Source: Chiloscyllium plagiosum
Taxonomy: Eukaryota
Length of the DNA: 64,000 nucleotides
Assembly (NCBI RefSeq): GCF_004010195.1
Contig: NC_057758.1
Span: 248,784-312,783 of the forward strand
Reading direction: 5' to 3'
Positions within the stretch are counted from its first letter, which is position 1. The number at the start of each line of letters is the position of its first letter. Shown one piece after another: positions 49,841-61,929 of this stretch. A model generated the notes under the pieces. The model saw only the letters and a list, made by a program, of their open reading frames with translations. It did no database searches and was not told the DNA's origin. Made by a program: the position numbers and the translations under genes.

Positions 49841-51529
49841 TGGAAATCACATATCTCTTTTTCGGAATGTATTTTTTTCTGGTTACTTTTCATAGTGACG
49901 TTTTGCTCTCTCCAATTTATCAGCCAGGAATTTTTTTTTAGGATAAATTCTTTAGGCTACAATGTAAAAAAAAAGGTTTTGTAAGAATAGAATTCTGACA
50001 GCCAAGTAAAGTGACTACTCATTTCATTTTTAACACATTGTGGGGAGCTGCTTAACGCATTTCGAATATTCATCTTTGTCTCAGAAACGTATGCATTCTG
50101 TACCGAACGTGCAATGTTGGCTACACCAACCAGAATATACCACGCCATTGAAAACACCATACAGGCAACTCAGCTAGGCGCCTGGTTGCACAGAACGAAT
50201 GGAACAATATGCATGCACCTGTGAGGTGAAGCAGAGCAACCCCTCTGATGAGAAACATCAAGGTTGTCGAATTGGAAATACTGGAACACTGGAAGCAATT
50301 TTGTCTTTCAACCAATCAGAGTCGCTCTATTGTCTGAATGCGGACGGTCAAGAATGGGCTTTTGAAGCTGCTCAATCCCGCTCAGTAAAGTTTGCTGCAG
50401 CTTCTCATCTCTCTCTGAATGAAGGTACTGCTTCACCCAGACTGAAACTTATTGCATTGTCAATCATCTGTGAGCATTACACTTTTTTCTTCCCATTCCA
50501 CTTGCTTTCTCATTCGAGGTGAAAGTGTTGACATGCAAGAATTGAACGCGAAGATAGCTAATCCAGGCAGAGTGCAGATCTGAAAGACATTTGGCATCCT
50601 TTACATGCTTCGCTTGACACATGGATTTGTTTGGCTGACAGAATGACGCATTTCCTAATGTTCACAGTTAAAAGGAGCTCTTTTCTGAAGGTCAAACCTG
50701 TCATGTGATGAGGAATTCACTTAATATCAGTTTGAGCCATGTATTGTTTTGTTGCTAAATATACATTTCATAATATCAAGCTTTTATAAAATTCGTTTGT
50801 TATTTCCAGTCTTAATTGAGAGAATTTCTATGAAATTCTATGTTTCAGTGATGGACTCGATATGGCACAGCAATTCAAATATGTGCCGACTCTCCAGCAA
50901 TCATTCTATCTGCATATGACTGTCATTCAATCTGCATATGGCTGTCATCCCGCAAGTTCATTCCCACCGTTGGGTCATCCAATTGTATTTTGATATCGTA
51001 TTTGGGTCTATTGAGTTTGTAATCAATTGTCAGAAATGATACTTGCCACTTTCTCATATGTAGAGAATTCTAGTTTGTGGCAAATCGATGTTTACCTAAT
51101 ATTTTTCCTTATATCCCCCGATGTCTTTCATTAAGTGGTGCAGTCCAGTTAAGTTGAAACCTTTTCGTCCAGTATTCTGTGTATATATCCTGAAGAAAAA
51201 CACAACTCACGCAGTACAGAAGAGGCCATTTAACCAATCGACTGCGCGCCAAACGTAATGAGAAATCTATCGGTTAGCACGAAATTGTGTGTTTAGAAGA
51301 ATAGTGACATCAGAGCTTTTTTTATTCATTGATATTAATGACTTTTAAAACAGTTTTTACAGGATACCATAGGGGAAGGATTTGTAGAAAAAAATCAAAA
51401 CTAACATTAGTTTAAAATCTGGAATCAGCTGATTGATCAGAATCAGAATGTTATAGATCATAGAAGGAGAAATGTTCCTCCAATCCAAATGCTCCAAAAT
51501 GTTTTGAAAATAAATGTGACCGNNNNNTG

Positions 51530-51534
<5 letters not shown>

Positions 51535-51583
<49 letters not shown>
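51535..51583. repeat. (GA)n microsatellite
   Basis: Perfect AG run; another lies at about 52096-52137. Confidence 0.95.
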
Positions 51584-51587
<4 letters not shown>

Positions 51588-52045
51588 AAACAGAGAATGC
51601 ATATGTTTGCATGTGAACAAATCTTTTTTTTTAAGAGTTCAGAACGAGAACACTTCCAGCATAAATAAGTCTGAGAAATGGGCATACTGTGGAGAGGGAT
51701 ATCATTCCCTATCTGAACTAGAAATTCATTAGCTCAGACGTACTGGGAAGACGCCACTCATCTGTTTGGCGTGTGAGAAAGAATGTATTGCTGTCTGTGA
51801 TCTGATGGGCTATCTGCAAACTTATACTGTGGAGTGATCATTCTCCTGCTTTGAGCGTGGTAAAGGATTCACTAATATATCCACCCTGCTGACACCGAGT
51901 GAATTCACACCCAGAAGAGGGTATTCACTGCTTTGACTGTGGCAAGGGATTTACTGATTAAACGAGCCTACTTATACATCAGAGAATTTGTATTTGGGAA
52001 TGGTTAGTCATTTGCGAACTTAGTCGCCAGCGAGCTTTTCACCCA

Positions 52046-52091
52046 AGTCGCAGACCAGGCAAGGCCCAGTTAAAACATGTCAAGAGGTATC

Positions 52092-52141
<50 letters not shown>

Positions 52142-52396
52142 AGCATGGAACTGCTTTTTTGGATTTCCAACTTCATCTCTGGATTCCCAGCTAACACCTT
52201 CCCTGCAGCTACAAACAAAATATCTTACTGAACACAAGGCAAAGAAACCCTAAACTGGGTGTACTGGCCGATCCCCTTTCATTGTCTAAGTGTTAATAAA
52301 TACGGTTAAAATCTTTTCCAAGTAGATATTTCGAGACTCATCAGGATCTCAGCTTTTACGATCTCTCTGAAAAAAACCTTGTTAAACCTTGTGGCA
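52046..52396. mobile_element. Internally deleted LTR-like insertion
   Basis: Non-ZNF sequence between ..RQRAFH and ..KPFICSH, ending TGTGGCA; its start resembles the LTR-like sequence at about 60190. Confidence 0.45.
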
Positions 52397-52789
52397 CCGG
52401 TCGAAACCGTTCATCTGCTCTCACATTTGGAAGAAATTTATTTAATCAAGCAACCTGCAAGCACACCAGAGAGTTCATACAAGGGAGAGATCCTTCACTT
52501 TCTCTAAGTGTGGAAAGCAATTCACGCAGTTATCCAACCTGCTGTAACACCAACATATTCACTCCATGTACTGCTGTCAGTGTGTGAAGAAAATCGCTGT
52601 ATTATCGAACCTGCAAACATGCCAACGAGTTCACACGAAGGGAAGACCATTCACTTGTTCTCATTGTGGGAAGGGTTCAATCATTCATCAAACTTGCAGA
52701 AAGATCAACGATTTCACAAGTGACTGGGGGAATGTTTTCTACTGTTAGTGCTGCTGGTCATCACGTTCATGACTAAATCACGGTCATTC

Positions 52790-53655
52790 TATGTGAGTGG
52801 CAGAGCAAAGTGTGCAGATCATGGTGAAACTCTGCAGAAGAACGTAGATCCTTTGTGTGAATAGATAAATGTGAAGTCATATATTTTCCTAAGAATAATC
52901 GTGAGGAAAGGCATGGTAAAACGTTTTAGTATGCTGCAATGCAGAGGGACAAAGGTGTCCTTGTGTATGAATCATAGAAAATTGGTCTCCAGGTGCAATA
53001 AGTAATTGGAAGGCAAATGGAATTTTTTCCTTCATTGATAAAGGGATTGAGTTTAATGTTGCAGTTCTACAAGGTGCTAGTGGGAGCACACCTAGAGTTC
53101 TGTGTGTCGTTTTGGTCTACTTACTTGATAAAGGATGTACTAGCACTGGAGGGGGTGCAGACCAGGTTTACTAGGTTGATGCTGGAGTTGAGGGTTTTTG
53201 ATCACGAGTAGAGACTACGTAGAGTGTAATTATATTCACTGCAATTCAGAAGATTGAGGGGGTGGATGTTATTGAATTACGTAAAAGTATGAAGGAAATA
53301 GATTAGAAGTGGAAAGGATGTTTCCACTGGTAGGTGAAACTAGGACAAAAGGGCATCGCCTCAAAATTAGAGGGATAACATTTAGGACTGAATAGAGAAG
53401 GAACTTGTTTGCTCAGAGAGTTGTTAATCCATGGAATGCCTTGCCCAGTGAAGTACTTGATGCAACATCACTAAATACTTTTAAACCGAACATAGATTTT
53501 GGTTTTATAGAACAATAAAGAAATTAAGTGACACGGTGAAAGCGCTGGTAAGTGGATGAGTCCACAAAAAGATCAGCCAATATCTTATTGAATCACAGAG
53601 CAGGATCGAAATCCCGGAAGGCCTCCGCCTACTCCTAGTTTGTATGTTCTTATTG
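52790..53655 (+). mobile_element. Old CR1-type LINE 3' part
   Basis: FYKVLVGAHLEFCVSFWS and EGVQTRFTRL motifs. Confidence 0.85.
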
Positions 53656-53919
53656 TGCCATTGTGTGAAGTGGGAGGGTCAGCTGGTTTCTTTAGGCTGG
53701 ACTGGCGACCCTCATCACTTTGCTTCCAGTGATCCTGATGACTTAAATTCCATACGAATCATGAATCATGGAATGTCGAAGTAAGTTAGTCTCTATGTCA
53801 TTTTTGCCATTGTGTTGGCAAGGAGATGGTCGTGTTTTTTGGTTGTTTTGTTCAATGTATGTTGGTAGTTTTCAGTTGGAGATTTGAAAAAAATACCTCA
53901 TTTGGTGTTGCTGAGGGGA

Positions 53920-55460
53920 AGAGTCACAGAGTCATAGAGATGTACAGCATGGATTCAGATCTTTCGGTCCAAACAGTCCATGCCAACCAGATATCTCTAT
54001 CCAATCTTGTCTCACCTGCCAGCATCCGGTCCATATCCCTCCAAACCCTGCCTATTCATATACCCATCCAAATGCCTCTTAAATGTTGCAATTGTACCAG
54101 CCTCCCCCACTTACTCTGGGAGCTCATTCCAAACACGTACCGCACGCTGTGTGAAAAAAAATTGCCAGGTCTCTTTTATGTCTTTCCCCTCTCGCCCTAA
54201 TCGTATGCCCTGTGGTTCTGCACTCCCCGACACCAAGGAAAAGCCTTTGCCTATTTACCTTATCCATGCACTCATGATTTTGTAATCCTCCATAAGGTCA
54301 CCCCTCGGCTTGCGACACACCAGGGAAAACAGCCCCAGCCTGTTCAGCCTCTCCCTGTAACTAAAATCCTCCAAACCTGGCAACATTCTTGTAAAACTTT
54401 TCTGAACCCCTTCAAGTTTCACAACATCTTTCCGATAGGAAGGAGGCCAGAATTGCACGCAACATTCCAACAGTGGCCTAACCAATGTCCTGGGTAAAAA
54501 CAATGACTGCAGATGCTGGAAACCAGAGTCTAGATTAGAGTGGTGCTGGAAGAGTACAGCAGTTCAGGCAGCATCCGAGGAGCAGTAAAATCGACGTTTC
54601 GGGCAAAAGCACTTCATCAGGAATACAGGCAGAGAGCCTGAAGTGTGGAGTTCTTATCTCTCCACACTTCAGGCTCTCTGCCTGTATTCCTGATGAAGGG
54701 CTTTTGTTGAAACGTCGATTTTACTGCTCCTCGGATGCTGCCTGAACTGCTGCGCTCTTCCTAACCAATGTCCTGTATAGCCGCAACATGACCTCCCAAC
54801 TCATGTACTCAATACTCTGATCAATAAAGGCAATCTTACCAAACGCCTTCTTCACTATCCTATCCACCTGAGACTCCACATTCAAGGATCTATGAACCTG
54901 CACTCCAAGAACTCTTTGTTCAGCAACACTACCTGCGACCTTATCATAAAGTGTATAAGTCCTGTTAAAATTTGCTTTCCCAAAATGCAGCACCTCGCGT
55001 TTATTTGAGTTAAACTCCATCTGCCACTTCTCAGCCCATTGGCCCATCTTGTCGAGATCCTGTTGCAATCTGAGATAGTCCTCTTTGCTGTCCACTACAT
55101 TTCCAATTTTGATGTCATCTGCAAAATTACTAACTGTACCTCTTATGCTCGCATCCAAGTCATTTATGTAGTTGACAAAAAATACAGGACCTAGCTCTGA
55201 TCCTTGTGACACTCCATTGGTCACTGGCCTCCAGTATTAAAAATAACCCTCCACCACCACCTTCTACCTTTGAGCCAGTTTTATATCCAAATGGCTAGTT
55301 CTCCGTGTATTCCATGATATTTAACCCTTGGGAAACCTTGTCGAACGCCTTACTGAAGTCCATATAGATCCCATCTACCGGTCTGCCCTCATAACTCCTC
55401 TTTGTTACTTCCTCAAAATCTCAATTAAGTTTGTGAGACATGATTTCCCAGGTGCAAAGA
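53920..55460 (-). mobile_element. CR1-type LINE RT and tail, split by a Penelope insert
   Basis: YMDFSKAFDKV, GVSQGS, NFADD and LVRPLLECCVQFW motifs. Confidence 0.92.
54493..54759. mobile_element. Fold-back Penelope-derived element
   Basis: 16-bp TSD CCTAACCAATGTCCTG (54477-54492 and 54760-54775); inverted arms; CTGATGA..GAAACGTC on both strands. Confidence 0.85.
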
Positions 55461-55849
55461 GACTGATGTGTTGCTGTGTTTCGAGCTGAAGCAGTAAATC
55501 TCCAGTCAGGCTGTCATTGAAGGGCTATGAGTCTTGTGATAACAGGAAGCTGTCATTCATCGTGAATGAGGGACAGCGAGGTCGTTCAGGCCTTCGAGTT
55601 GCCTCACCATACGATAAGATCATGATTGATTGAATTGTCATCTCTAATCCATGTTCCTGCCTAAACCCTCGAAGATTTGACTCTAAGGTATTCAAAATGA
55701 TCACGTAGAAGATGGGACTGAGTTAATAGAACCGATATGTTCTCACTTTACCACGTTTTGCTTTATTATACAAGCAATTTCTAATTTATTTCAACATCTG
55801 CAGATCTTTAGTTGTTTTGAATAATTCCGTGAAATAGAGTGCAATTTGT

Positions 55850-56690
55850 ATAATTACCCCAAGTCTGTTTTGATACATGCATCGACCCTTATGCAATGTG
55901 TAACTTACTTGCTCCTTTGTTTTGATTTTTGGATACACTCGTCGATCTCAGCGCAGGGTGTAACGCATTCACCACTCTCTGCTCTTTCTTCCGTGTATAA
56001 ACGTGGATTGGAGTGGAGTCTGTCTGTCTCCCTCTCTCTCCCCAGCCTGTGATTTTTACATGTTAATCACTCGATCAGAGTACTGTGCGCAACTCTTTCC
56101 CCAGTCTATGTTGCCTTATATTTAAAGCCCTCGATCAGAGCGCAGCGTTTATCTCACTGACCAGTCTGTGTTGTTTCTCATGTGAAGCCCTCGAATTGAT
56201 AACTGTGGCTAACTATTCCCCCAGGCAGTTTAACTTGCAAAAATGAAGACATCGATCAGAGGGTAGTGTCTAAGTCTTTTCTCAGTTTTATTGATAAACG
56301 TCTTTATATGATTGCAGTGTGCAACTCTCTTCTCCAGGTAAAAACAAGGACTGCAGATGCTGGAAATCAAAGTCTAGATTAGAGTGGTGCGGGAAAAGCA
56401 CAGCAGGTCAGGTAGCATCAGAGGAGCAGGAAAATCGACGTTTCGGGCAAAAGCCCATCTTCAGGAATAGAGGCAGGGTGCCTGCAGAGTGGAGAAATAA
56501 AATGTTATCTCTCCACTCTGCAGGCACTCTGCCTCTATTCATTTTCCACACCACTCTAATCTAAATTCTCTTCTCCAATCTACATTGTTTTATATATGAA
56601 CAGCTCGATCAGAATGCAGTGAGGAAGTCACTCCCCGTTCTGTGTTGATTTATATATAAGCACATGGATCAGAGAGATGTTCGTAGGTAT
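55850..56690. repeat. Degenerate 60-bp tandem array
   Basis: TCGATCAGAG or close variants at 56071, 56131, 56191 and 56252. Confidence 0.75.
56337..56566. mobile_element. Fold-back Penelope-derived element
   Basis: TSD TCTCTTCTCCA (56326-56336 and 56567-56577); same family as 54493-54759. Confidence 0.8.
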
Positions 56691-56729
56691 TTTCTTTCAC
56701 TGATCGTACACAGACAGAATCGTTGAAGA

Positions 56730-57398
56730 GACTGATCGAGGATGACAAGGAGCAATTGGCTCAACAGCGATGTTGACTGAATTTCCACTCTGATTGTGCC
56801 AAGATGTCGGAGAGCTACTCCCCAAGGCAATGAGATGGAGAGTGACGATGCAATCAATGTCCGGATATGCTCCCCTGAATGCTTCGTGGGAATTATGAAA
56901 GGAGAGAATGATCATTCATTGACTGTGGGGAATGAGGGTGTTCATTGTACATATTGAAACATGATCTGGATCATGTTCTGATTATTTGACAGTTCCTGCA
57001 GTCAAATAGCAGCCGTTCTCTCGTTCCGTATCGCATGTTCAGATGTGGGTGCGGTGTGGTGCTCCTGCAGGAGGATGACGTGGCCATAGAAAGAAACATC
57101 GGTCGATGTTCTAGGAGATTGAACGTTCATTAGCAGAAATATTCGACGGTAGAGAAAGAGAATTTAAGCGGTGTTATCATTATAACATTTCAGTGTCCAT
57201 AATACCAGCAATGCCTGTGAGACAATCGTATACACTGATTATAACCCATTCATATTTGTGGAATTATTTAAGGACAGAAATGCCAGACTTTCTGCCAAGT
57301 TTCGATGGAGATTGTTGTTGCAGCCGAACAATTTGACAATTGTGCATGTAACAGATCCAGAAAATGTGATTGATGATGCATTATCGCAACTCGAATGA
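56730..57398 (+). mobile_element. Decayed Gypsy-type pol end (RT/RNase H)
   Basis: SDVG..VLLQEDD..KYSTVEKE..TIVYTDYNP..FRWRLLLQPNNLTIVHV..ENVIDDALSQLE* (stop at 57396-57398). Confidence 0.8.
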
Positions 57399-57565
57399 GA
57401 TACGAAGGTGTTCGGTGTTGGGCGTAGCGCCGCCTGAGTTTTTATGTGGTTGTGCACGTTTGCATTTTCGTAGTTAGTGATGTCTGTATGTGTGTTTGGG
57501 CTACTAACTGGGTTTTTAAGGTCGAACAATGAAGCCATGTTTTGATATTCATTTAAGGGATGTGG

Positions 57566-58500
57566 TGTCACAAAATGAGTCAATTTTCTTCTAAAAGCTG
57601 TTCATTGGCTGAAGGATACCCTGCCCATGACTTTTATTTTCAGAGCGGTAATAAACTAGGCCGAGCCCCGATTAGTCTACTTTGGTACTGTGAATAAAGG
57701 ACATTAGATTACTTACAGTTGGAAACAGGCCCTTTAGCCCAACAAGTCCACACCGACCCGCCCATTCCCCTATATTTACCCCTGCACCTAACACTACGGG
57801 CAAATTAGCATGGCCAATTCACCTAACCTGCACATTCTTGGACTGTGGGAGGAATCCGGAGCACCCGAAGGAAACCCACGCAGATACGGGGAGAATGTGC
57901 AAACTCTACACAGACAGTCGTCTGAGGCGGGAATTGAACCTGGTTCTCTGGCGCTGTGAGGCAGCAGTGCTAACCACTGTGCCACCGTGCCGCCCACTAA
58001 GGCATTGTGAGACCTTTTTGTTTATATGTACACAGTTGAGACTTCAGGCTAAAATGGTCATGTTTTAGAAGTGACCAGTAGAAAGAAAGATCAGCTGAGC
58101 TGAGCAGTTTAATTCAATCCAGAACTGATTGAGAATTCAACAGTTAGCTGTGTGCAAACTGTCTCCTTTGCCCTTCTACCTTTAACCTGTAAGCATCTGA
58201 TCCTTGTCTGCACTGTGTTTTAAAGGAAGTTTGTTTATAAGGAATGGTTTGCATATTCGGAACAGGATAATTGAGTTTAGTTTGGATAGACTGAGTTCTG
58301 GCGGGGTTCTTTATTCTGTTCTTCGTATTTCATTATGTAATTTTGTGAAAATATATTTTGTCTGTTTTAAACCTAAAAATCAACTTCGCTACCTTATTTA
58401 GAATGGTTTTCACTGTATACTTACCGAAACAAATGGTAAAGCTATTTTCCGGGCTGCCTGCTAAAAAATGTTTTGAGTAGCCTGGACTAATCCCTAAAAA
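57566..58500 (+). mobile_element. 3' LTR of the Gypsy element, with a nested SINE
   Basis: Purine-rich AAGGGATGTGG (PPT-like) immediately before TGTCAC; the right end is decayed. Confidence 0.6.
57703..57995 (-). mobile_element. HE1/V-SINE-type SINE
   Basis: Full head, body and tail. Confidence 0.92.
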
Positions 58501-58719
58501 GGGACACGTTTCTATGGTCTGCTCCAGTTATGACTTTTCTCTTAGGTTTGTCTGGCAATTGCAATAGAACCGGATGACTAACCTACGAGGAAAATTTAAT
58601 AGCTAAGTATGAATGTATGGCGACAACAATTTTGAAATTGCGCAATGCCAAATGAACCTTAAATGTTTCGTTCCTCTGCCTCCTGGCATGTTAATATGTT
58701 TGTTTTATTCAGTTGTAGG

Positions 58720-58990
58720 TGGATGGCAATGACTGTCCGAATATTGTCTGCTTCTCCTTGCATCATGGAGAAGGTGATGCTGAGCTGCCTTCTTCACCCA
58801 TTGCATTCACGGAGGTAGACTGCAATGCCCTGAGAGAGGGAATCCTCAGGGTTTGACGCAGCCACGGTGAAGTAGCAGCAATAAATTTGTCGAAGTCTTG
58901 AGTACACTGTGAAGCTGTGCACTTCCAAGAAAATAGCTCGTACCCCATCACACACTTGACAATTATGCTTTTGTGGAGACAGGAGGTGAG
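58720..58990 (-). mobile_element. Old LINE 3' fragment (CR1/L2-like)
   Basis: GAGAAGGTGATGCTGAGCTGCCTTCTT resembles a common shark LINE end; recall only. Confidence 0.35.
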
Positions 58991-60189
58991 TATTCCAAAA
59001 CTCAGTCTTGCTTTTGAACTATGCCCCAGTCTGAATTAGAGTAGAAATTGTACAAGTCGCTGAGATAGAGCTGCGATTTTAACTTCCATGAATGAAGTGT
59101 TGTTGAGATGTCATTGCATCAACACAATTAAGAAACCAAAGACTTAAAATATTATTAACTTCAGTAGTGCCTGGCAGTAGCATTTCGTCCATTTTTTTGT
59201 GACACAATGTGAACGTCTGAAGCTATAGGAATTGCCAACGTATTTCAAAGTTTTTTTTAATTGTTCTGTCCTCAGGCCTACTAGGAAATACATTCTGTGG
59301 AAGTCAATTGCATCGTTAGTTCGAAAAAACGGGATTCTCTGTGATCAGTTAAGTGGAATCGGATCAGGATGCATTTAAAATTGAAATGTGCACAGCGCTT
59401 CCAGTGGAAGCCCCAAGTTATCTGGACGAAAACTGTAGGGAGGCTGCGCTTCAAATCGATACAGAAATGGAGAGTGGTTGTCCAATCTATAATTACCTGA
59501 AGGAGTTACATCTGTATTGCTGTCGATTGAAGGGATTATCTTATCAGTTTTCTTTTCCTTTGCCTGTGACTCCAGCGTCAATAGAGATGGAAGAAACCAT
59601 GGAGCTCATTGTGTTCAGGGGAGCTCCTGTGAAATGTGGGCACCTCGCAGACACGGTTTAGTAAACCATAAAATCAATTAGTCTTTTTATTCTTAAACAT
59701 CGTGCTATTGTAACATTCCACATTATCTTTTGTTGCAATGGGATATTTGTGCCTCTTCAAATTTGGGTGCTCATATGGTTTCTCAACGTATACATGTTTT
59801 ATGGAAAGCAGTTGGTAATCATGCTGGAATATTTATCTTACAAACGATATTTCGTTGAGTTGATGCTTCTTGTCAAAGCAGTATTGAAAAAATATATTTA
59901 CTTACAATGTAATGATTCAAAGATCCATCAACCTGTGTGCAAATCATGATCCAATAAATTGCCAGGGACCTAATGTACATAAGGCTACAATTCTATTACA
60001 GACATAAGACTGGCAGTGAGATTCACCAGAGGATCACCACACCTCAGTGAAGGCAATGAGATTGAGAAGATGTGACCATTATAACTTCTGTTGGGAGCAT
60101 TTTATTTATAATAACAGCTTCACCAATCCAGTCATAAATTAAGATTTGTGGATCTTAGTTATTATATTGAAGAGACAGCGATGATCCTT

Positions 60190-61066
60190 TTTTTATGAAC
60201 AGACCAAACCCCCTGACAATGTATTAAGAATACATAAAGCCACCCCGAGTCTGGAACTTGACTTATTCAAATCGTCAATAAAACTGTAAGGTTTGTGTTG
60301 CAGATGCAATTTGATTAGTCAAACTACTCGTCTTGAAACCATGCATTTCATTGTTACACTGCTCTCAAAAAGCAAACTCTTTTTAAAAAAGCACAACAAC
60401 ATTCTATCGAAGTACTTAGCAAAACAATAGATATATTGAATGCTACGAATTAATGATTCGAATATAGTTACATCGTATGTGCATACACTTGACAAAGGCA
60501 AAATCAACAAAACCGATTGAATGAAATGCAAGTATAACAGCAGAAAGTGATGGCAAGATTTTATCTGCAACAGATAGTGGAATAAAACATTCTACATTCA
60601 ACATTTTGACCTCAGCACTGTGAAAAGCTTCGACTACAAATTTTCGTCTGCCGGAATTTTGCCGCATCCATTCAGACTGCTCCTGTTGTTCCAATTTAAA
60701 AAAAAGAGCAAGACATCACAAGTTGGTAACGGTGGTGATTCTGAGCAGAGTACGCCCTCCCTCTGTTTAAACCTTGCTTCACAAAAAAAGGACAAACTAA
60801 AATGCCGCAGCAGACCCAATTAGAAAAACGTGGACATTAGCATACCAAGATAGATTGATTTTCAGAAATCTTTACTCTTATGATATCAAAACACTGAAAA
60901 GCACATCTTCTGTCCTGCTGCCAATTTCAGTCCATTTTCTCACGCCACCGAACGCATTGGTCTTCCTTCATCACATTTATGGCATCGCATCTGCAAATAT
61001 GTTTTGTCATCCTGTCACGTATATGTTTTCAAACTGAATTGCTCCAGTAATAAGCTCCATATCAAC
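60190..61066. mobile_element. Possible decayed solo LTR
   Basis: TTTTATGAACAGACCAAACCCC start and ..ATCAACA end, similar in style to other LTR ends in the window. Confidence 0.35.
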
Positions 61067-61929
61067 AGTCCGTATTTATTTTTCTTCACAAATTTTGAGG
61101 AGTTATGATCTGTCTTTGCAAGTGACTCAGATTGGCAACATCAATGTTGACATTTTGCAGATGAAGAGCAAGGCCTAAGGGCTCTTTCGATTATTACAGA
61201 ATATTTTTGTTGATCATCATTTAGTTGTCTGGAAGAGAATACTAAATAGATATTTTTTTCTTTCTTCTAGTCTTATTCTTGTAAGATTACAGTACCATCA
61301 CACAAATCACTCGCATCGACAGCCACCTTGAAAGGCTTCGCAAAATCAGATGTGGCCAAGACTGGGTTAGTGGTCAAATTCCTTTGGACATTCATCCGTC
61401 CCCTGAAATTTTATACACTTCTTCAACAAGTCAGTCAGTGGAGCAACCACATTGTTAAAATGTGGTGCGAGCTTGTGATTTAAAAAAAAAACTCAGTCCC
61501 AGGAATCCATTCATGTTGATGGTAAAAGAGACTCCTCAATACCTTTTGTTTTCACATCTCGTGGGGGCTGGCAACTGTCCATGTCCAGAGATATGGCTGA
61601 GTAATGTAACTTCGACGTTTGTGAAATTACTCCTAGCCAATGTTTATCACAAAGCTCACTTTCCAAAGTCGATTGAATAACTTCGATTGTTGATCGAAAT
61701 ATTCCTTGCATGTGTAACAAAAATAATCGATCCACTGATATACACAACGCAATTGAATCACCTGGAAATAATTTTATTGGCTGGTCTTCATAAAAAAAAG
61801 ATTACGTTCACCTATTAAAGTTCTACCATCGTCACAATGTCACTAGACAAGCGTCATCTTATGGGTTTGGGGCAAATAATGTGGACGCAGGAATAAGGCA
61901 GCGGTAGGGAAGTGAACAGAGAAGAAGGG

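Larger units (their letters stand above)
51363..52723 (+). pseudogene. Tandem C2H2 zinc-finger pseudogene (last exon), interrupted by an LTR-like insert
   Basis: Acceptor TTTTTACAG|G at 51362; decayed fingers [60 protein letters not shown] and QRVHTKGRPFTCSHCGKG with stops and frameshifts. Confidence 0.88.
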
